Part shown: piece by piece, positions 59,881 through 64,000 of the stretch | How the letters are laid out: each line of letters starts with the position of its first letter | Numbering within the stretch: position 1 is the stretch's first letter | Assembly (NCBI GenBank): GCA_965222155.1 | Contig: CBDCTH010000004.1 | Location: 224,001 to 288,000, forward strand | Direction of reading: 5' to 3' | Origin: Gammaproteobacteria bacterium | GTDB taxonomy: Bacteria > Pseudomonadota > Gammaproteobacteria > Eutrophobiales > Eutrophobiaceae | Length of the DNA stretch: 64,000 nucleotides | Translations under genes and position numbers: made by a program | Notes under the pieces: generated by a model | Told to the model about the DNA's origin: nothing | Databases searched by the model: none | The model's input: only the letters and a program-made list of their open reading frames with translations

Positions 59881-60096
59881 CATGGTTTCGGTGTGTTCGA
59901 TTCCTTCAATCCGGATCATGCGGTTGGTCACCATATCGGCTATGGCCTCATTAGTCTCTACTCACAGGATGCTGACGATATCGTAGCTGTCGCCCACGGA
60001 GTAAACCTCGGAAAATTCCGCCAGTTCAGCCAGGGCTTCGGCGACCTCATTGATCCTGCCGTGATGGGTATTGATTAACACGATTGCTGTAACCAT
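59875..60096 (-). pseudogene. Lrp/AsnC ligand-binding-domain protein with an internal stop and lost C-terminus
   Basis: MVTAIVLIN-INEVAEALAE-SEVYSVGDSYDIVSIL*VETNE-IEGIEHTETMIA. Confidence 0.75.
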
Positions 60097-60124
60097 TTAA
60101 ATCACCTGTCGCTAAGTGCGTATC

Positions 60125-61756
60125 TTATTGGTGTAATGCCCGCAGTTTGTTTCTCTGGATCTTGCCGGTCTGTGTTTTTGGCAGCGCCGCTATGAATTCT
60201 ATCACCCTCGGGTACTTGTAAGGGGCAATGGATTGCTTGACAAACTCCTGCAGTTCGCCAACCAGTCGCTCCGATGCCTGATACCCCCCGGCTAATACGA
60301 TAAATGCCTTGATGAGCATGCCCCGCGCTTCATTCGGTATCCCGATGACACCGCATTCACTGACGGCTGCGTGGGGCAACAGGGCCGCCTCCACTTCCGC
60401 TCCGGAGATGTTGTAACCCGAAGAGATAATCATGTCATCCGTACGCCCCTGGTACCACACATAGCCGTCTTCATCCATGGTGCAGACGTCCCCGGTCAGG
60501 TTCCAGCCGTTAACCACGTAATTTTTTTGCCGTTCATCGGCCAGGTATTTACAGCCTGTCGGGCCTTTTACTGCCAGACGGCCCAGTGTGCCCGGAGCTA
60601 CAGGCTGGTTGTCATCACCCAGAATGCAGGCCCGGTAACCGGTTATCGCCTTGCCCGATGCTCCCGGACGGATATCATCACCCGCAGCGGAAACAAAGAC
60701 GTGGATCATTTCGGTCGAACCGAAGAAATCAAGCATTTTGATCCCGGTTGCCGCCAGCCACTCCCGGTAAGTAGGCAGGGGGAGCTTTTCGCCCGCGCTA
60801 GCGGTTTTTTTCAAACTGCTCAAGTCAAAATCATCGATGTGATTAAGGATAGCGTGGTAAGCAGTCGGCGCAGTTGCACAAAGGGTTGCCTTGAACGCGC
60901 CAATCGCCCTGGCCAGTTCCAGTGGCGGGGTTGCTTCCAGGAGCACCACACTGGCGCCGGCATACAGGGGCATACCTACAAGCATCCCCAGGCCAAAGGT
61001 GAATGCAATCGGCGGGCTGCCGATGAATATATCAGTGGGCTCCGGTTTGACGACGTATGAATTACCGCAGATGCACATAGCCAGGATGTCGCGGTGGAAA
61101 TGAATCGTGCCTTTGGGCGCGCCCGTAGTGCCGCTGGTGAAGGCGATGATGGCGGGGTCGTCACTGGCCGTATCAACAGGGGTGAAGGTGGTTTCCTTGG
61201 TGGCCATGAGCCGCTCCAGTTCTGCTGCGGCGCCGGCCTTCCCGGAGCCGTTGAACTGCATGATACGTTGTATAAATGGACTGGATTCCGTGGCTGCGGA
61301 CAGGTCGTCAACAAGTCGTTTATCGCACAATGCGAACTGGGCCTGCGCCTTGTTGATGATCGGTTCCAGATCCCGTTTGCGCAGCAGAGGCATGGTGGCG
61401 ACGGCTACCCCGCCGGCTTTTATCACGCCGAACCAGCAGGCAACCAGCATCGGGTTGTTGGCGGACCGCAGCAGGACGCGGTTGCCCGGCTGCAGGCCCA
61501 GGTCATCTACCAGCACCCGGGCAATCCGGTTGGATCTTTCGTACAGGTCCCGGTAACTCCAGGTCTCGTTGGGTGTCAGGATGGCATTATTGGGGCCGTA
61601 TCCTGCGGCAATTTTTTTATCAAGCAACTCTGCTGCGCTGTTCATACGCGCAGGGAACTGTAACTCGTCGGTGGTAAACAGGAATTCAGGTAATTGTTGC
61701 GCCGGGGGCAGGTTGTCCCTGACGAAAGTATCGACATGGCTGGTATGATTATTCAC
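60125..61756 (-). CDS. 2-aminobenzoate/benzoate-CoA ligase family
   Basis: HVDTFVRDNLPP, FTSGTTGAPKG, GSTEMIHVF, APYKYPR, TGKIQR. Confidence 0.88.
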   Translation of the reverse strand: MNNHTSHVDTFVRDNLPPAQQLPEFLFTTDELQFPARMNSAAELLDKKIAAGYGPNNAILTPNETWSYRDLYERSNRIARVLVDDLGLQPGNRVLLRSANNPMLVACWFGVIKAGGVAVATMPLLRKRDLEPIINKAQAQFALCDKRLVDDLSAATESSPFIQRIMQFNGSGKAGAAAELERLMATKETTFTPVDTASDDPAIIAFTSGTTGAPKGTIHFHRDILAMCICGNSYVVKPEPTDIFIGSPPIAFTFGLGMLVGMPLYAGASVVLLEATPPLELARAIGAFKATLCATAPTAYHAILNHIDDFDLSSLKKTASAGEKLPLPTYREWLAATGIKMLDFFGSTEMIHVFVSAAGDDIRPGASGKAITGYRACILGDDNQPVAPGTLGRLAVKGPTGCKYLADERQKNYVVNGWNLTGDVCTMDEDGYVWYQGRTDDMIISSGYNISGAEVEAALLPHAAVSECGVIGIPNEARGMLIKAFIVLAGGYQASERLVGELQEFVKQSIAPYKYPRVIEFIAALPKTQTGKIQRNKLRALHQ

Positions 61757-61869
61757 GTTCTATCTCAAGCAGGCGCTTGCAAATTTCACCAATACATATT
61801 ATTAACCTGTAATGGTTAACTCGTAAAGCGTACTTTAACCGAACGCCTCCACAACAGAATGACACCTCC

Positions 61870-62293
61870 ATGGCATTTAAACTCCCCGACGGCACTGAAC
61901 TGAAACGGCTGGCCGCTGGCCCGATACCTTGAGATCTATCAGGGCCGCTACTATGCCAGGGCAAAGAACCTGGTGCGCAAACTGCGGGCAAGCTATGACA
62001 AGCCGTTACGGGAGTATGACCTGTTGCTGATGCCCACCCTGGTCGACACGGCCACTGAGAACCCGAAGTCACAGCAGCACGCAAGCGCTGAGGAGATAAT
62101 GCACACCGCATTCGGCAATACGCTGAACACCTGCCAGTTCAACGCTACCGGACACCCCGCCATCTCAATCCCCTGCGGCCAGAGCAACGGCCTGCCGGTG
62201 GGCCTGATGTTGGTAGGCCGGTATTATGCGGAAAAGACCATTTACCAAGCGGCCCATGCCTTCGAGCAATCGACAGATTGGCGGGAGAGATAA
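61870..62293 (+). pseudogene. Amidase with the central catalytic region deleted
   Basis: N-terminus MAFKLPDGTELKRLAA joined out of frame to GRYYARAKNL-YDLLLMPT-NTCQFNATGHPAISIPCG-LPVGLMLVG. Confidence 0.78.
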
Positions 62294-62524
62294 TCAGTAC
62301 AGACGGCACAGTCTACTAAATTGGTAATTCAAAGAGAACCGGCCCAACATCACTCCAATCGAAAATCCGCGATGCGTAATTATGGAATATGCAGGGGTTA
62401 TCCAGTTCCACTATAGAATTCTGACTAGTTTGAAAATGAGACGGATTGTATAAAATCTATCAGCCAAGATGGTATATTGATTTTAACTTTTCTGTTATTA
62501 AGTTAAATACACGAAATTACCGCC

Positions 62525-63453
62525 ATGTCTGATCTATATCCAGTTATTGAGATCCAGCCGGAATGGGTTCGTGACCCAGAGGAAATGGGAAGCAAGAAGA
62601 AGTTCTGGTATCGAGTTCCCGGGGGTTATTGGGTGAATACTGGCTTTTCAAATATCCCCGGGCAAAAACAGGGGAGCATTGGGCGGAGAAGATTGCTGCC
62701 GAAGTTGCGAAATTCCTGGATATTGAATGTGCTAAAGTGGAATTGGCACTATTTGCAGAAGAGCAAGGATCGGTGACGAAAGCGTTTACAGGTCTCGGTC
62801 AGGAATTGGTCCATGGGAATCAGATGTTGGCAGTGGTCGTTTACGGCTACGACTCTGAGGCAAAATATTGGCACTCCAGTCATACCCTGGCGAATATCAT
62901 GAAGGTTATGGATCGTGTTTTTGGAGGTAGTGAAAATGCTGAGGACATTGACATTGTAAAGAGCGAAGCTGTACTGAAAGCAAAACGTCGGATCGCAGAG
63001 TATGTGGTCTTGGACGCGTTAATTGGTAACGTAGATCGTCACCACGAGAACTGGGGAATACTTCGTAGACAGGTAAACGATCACTGGGAGGATTTCGTAG
63101 CTCCTTCGTTCGATCATGCATCCTCTTTGGGCCGGGAGCTTCATGATACTAAACGAGACATGTACTTGGCAAAGAATCGTGTCGGCGACTATGCCGAAAG
63201 AGGACACGGCGCGATTTACTGGTCGGAGGATAGCAAACGTGGTCCTAGCCCGCTGGGACTTGTGCGACAGGCAGTCAATTCTTATCCGGATATTTTCCGT
63301 CCGGTTAAGGCAAAGCTCGAAAAGTTGGATGTGAAAGCTATGGAGGAAAGCGTAGAGCGCACACCGGATGGGTGGATGTCATCACCTGCCAGAGAGTTTG
63401 CTATCGCATTGATGTGTTATAATTTTCAACAGTTACAGGATCTATTTCAATGA
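62525..63453 (+). pseudogene. HipA/CtkA-like kinase with a 1-nt frameshift in a G5 run
   Basis: EEMGSKKKFW | WLFK-TGEHWAEK, DALIGNVDRHHENWG, APSFDHASSLG; adding one G at 62621-62625 fuses the ORFs. Confidence 0.8.
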
Positions 63454-64000
63454 GTGCGAAGACCTTATTTCTGGCTTGGCAGGACAGCGATCCCAGCACG
63501 GCATGGTTTCCGGTGGGACAGTTGGATGCGGACGTTAAAGATTCTTCGTATCGTTTCCGCTATATCGGGGGAGCGAAGCGAGCACAAGAGAAAGCCGGGT
63601 TTCCTCTGCTCATCGAATTTCCCTCACTGGATGAAGATTACCAATCCTCGGAGTTGTTCCCGCTGTTTCAAAACCGGGTGATGAATAGGAAAAGGCCAGA
63701 CTTTGCCGACTATCTGGAAAGTCTTGACCTTTCCGAAGAGGTAGACCCAATTGAGATTCTATCAGTAAATGGAGGACAACGAGTAACGGACTCTTATGAG
63801 GTTTTTCCGAAAATCGAGAAGGACGAAACTGGATGCTTCACTTGTCGGTTCTTTCTGCACGGTTGGCGGCGTGTAAGTGACGCTGCCCAGGAACGAATTA
63901 GTCGTTTGGAGTCAGGAGAAAAACTTTATCTGACACTGGAATTGACTAATCCAGCGACTGGATTGGCAGTGCAAATTCAGACAGAAGACTACTATATGAT
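63450..64000 (+). CDS. HIRAN-domain partner protein of the HipA-like kinase (runs off window end)
   Basis: ATGA overlap; MSAKTLFLAWQD-WFPVGQL-YRFRY-ELFPLFQNRVM-RPDF-TDSYEVFP-FFLHG. Confidence 0.8.
   Translation, partial: MSAKTLFLAWQDSDPSTAWFPVGQLDADVKDSSYRFRYIGGAKRAQEKAGFPLLIEFPSLDEDYQSSELFPLFQNRVMNRKRPDFADYLESLDLSEEVDPIEILSVNGGQRVTDSYEVFPKIEKDETGCFTCRFFLHGWRRVSDAAQERISRLESGEKLYLTLELTNPATGLAVQIQTEDYYM

Noticed and set aside
1-64000. tRNA, rRNA, riboswitch, prophage or autonomous transposase
   Set aside because: None recognised by eye; tRNAscan/Infernal would be needed to exclude small RNAs.

Overview
GC-rich proteobacterial (probably gammaproteobacterial) chromosome segment. Core and metabolic genes include a homoprotocatechuate meta-cleavage cluster hpaH-I-G1-G2-E-D-F, a UbiD decarboxylase, an aromatic-acid MFS, FGE, argB, argE, argA, ppk2, tupBC, two sigma32-type Hsp20 genes, a MoxR-DUF58-VWA-Bat operon, an aromatic amino acid decarboxylase, ilvD, apbE, aceK, icd and an aryl-CoA ligase. 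These are interleaved with many toxin-antitoxin and defence-type modules: FitAB, HicAB, a ParE-like pair, Fic, zeta-like, VapBC, HipA-HIRAN, an MmeI-like RM enzyme, and a restriction-type nuclease with an orphan ParA. There are also many deletion-type pseudogenes and several MITE/REP families nested inside each other. Three observations stand out. (1) An AT-rich island at 39.3-43.9 kb encodes a translationally coupled ABC-type ATPase, PIN-like nuclease and RNA ligase, followed by a DEDDh-BRCT exonuclease and an unknown protein with a duplicated domain; this is a candidate anti-phage RNA cut-and-repair system. (2) The MmeI-like gene is broken by a 31-nt foreign insert between perfect 34-nt direct repeats, resembling off-target CRISPR spacer integration. 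(3) Hairpins of 24-29 nt ending GGGGCAGGCT insert without target duplication into other repeats and into each other. All family assignments come from motif recognition by eye; no searches were run.
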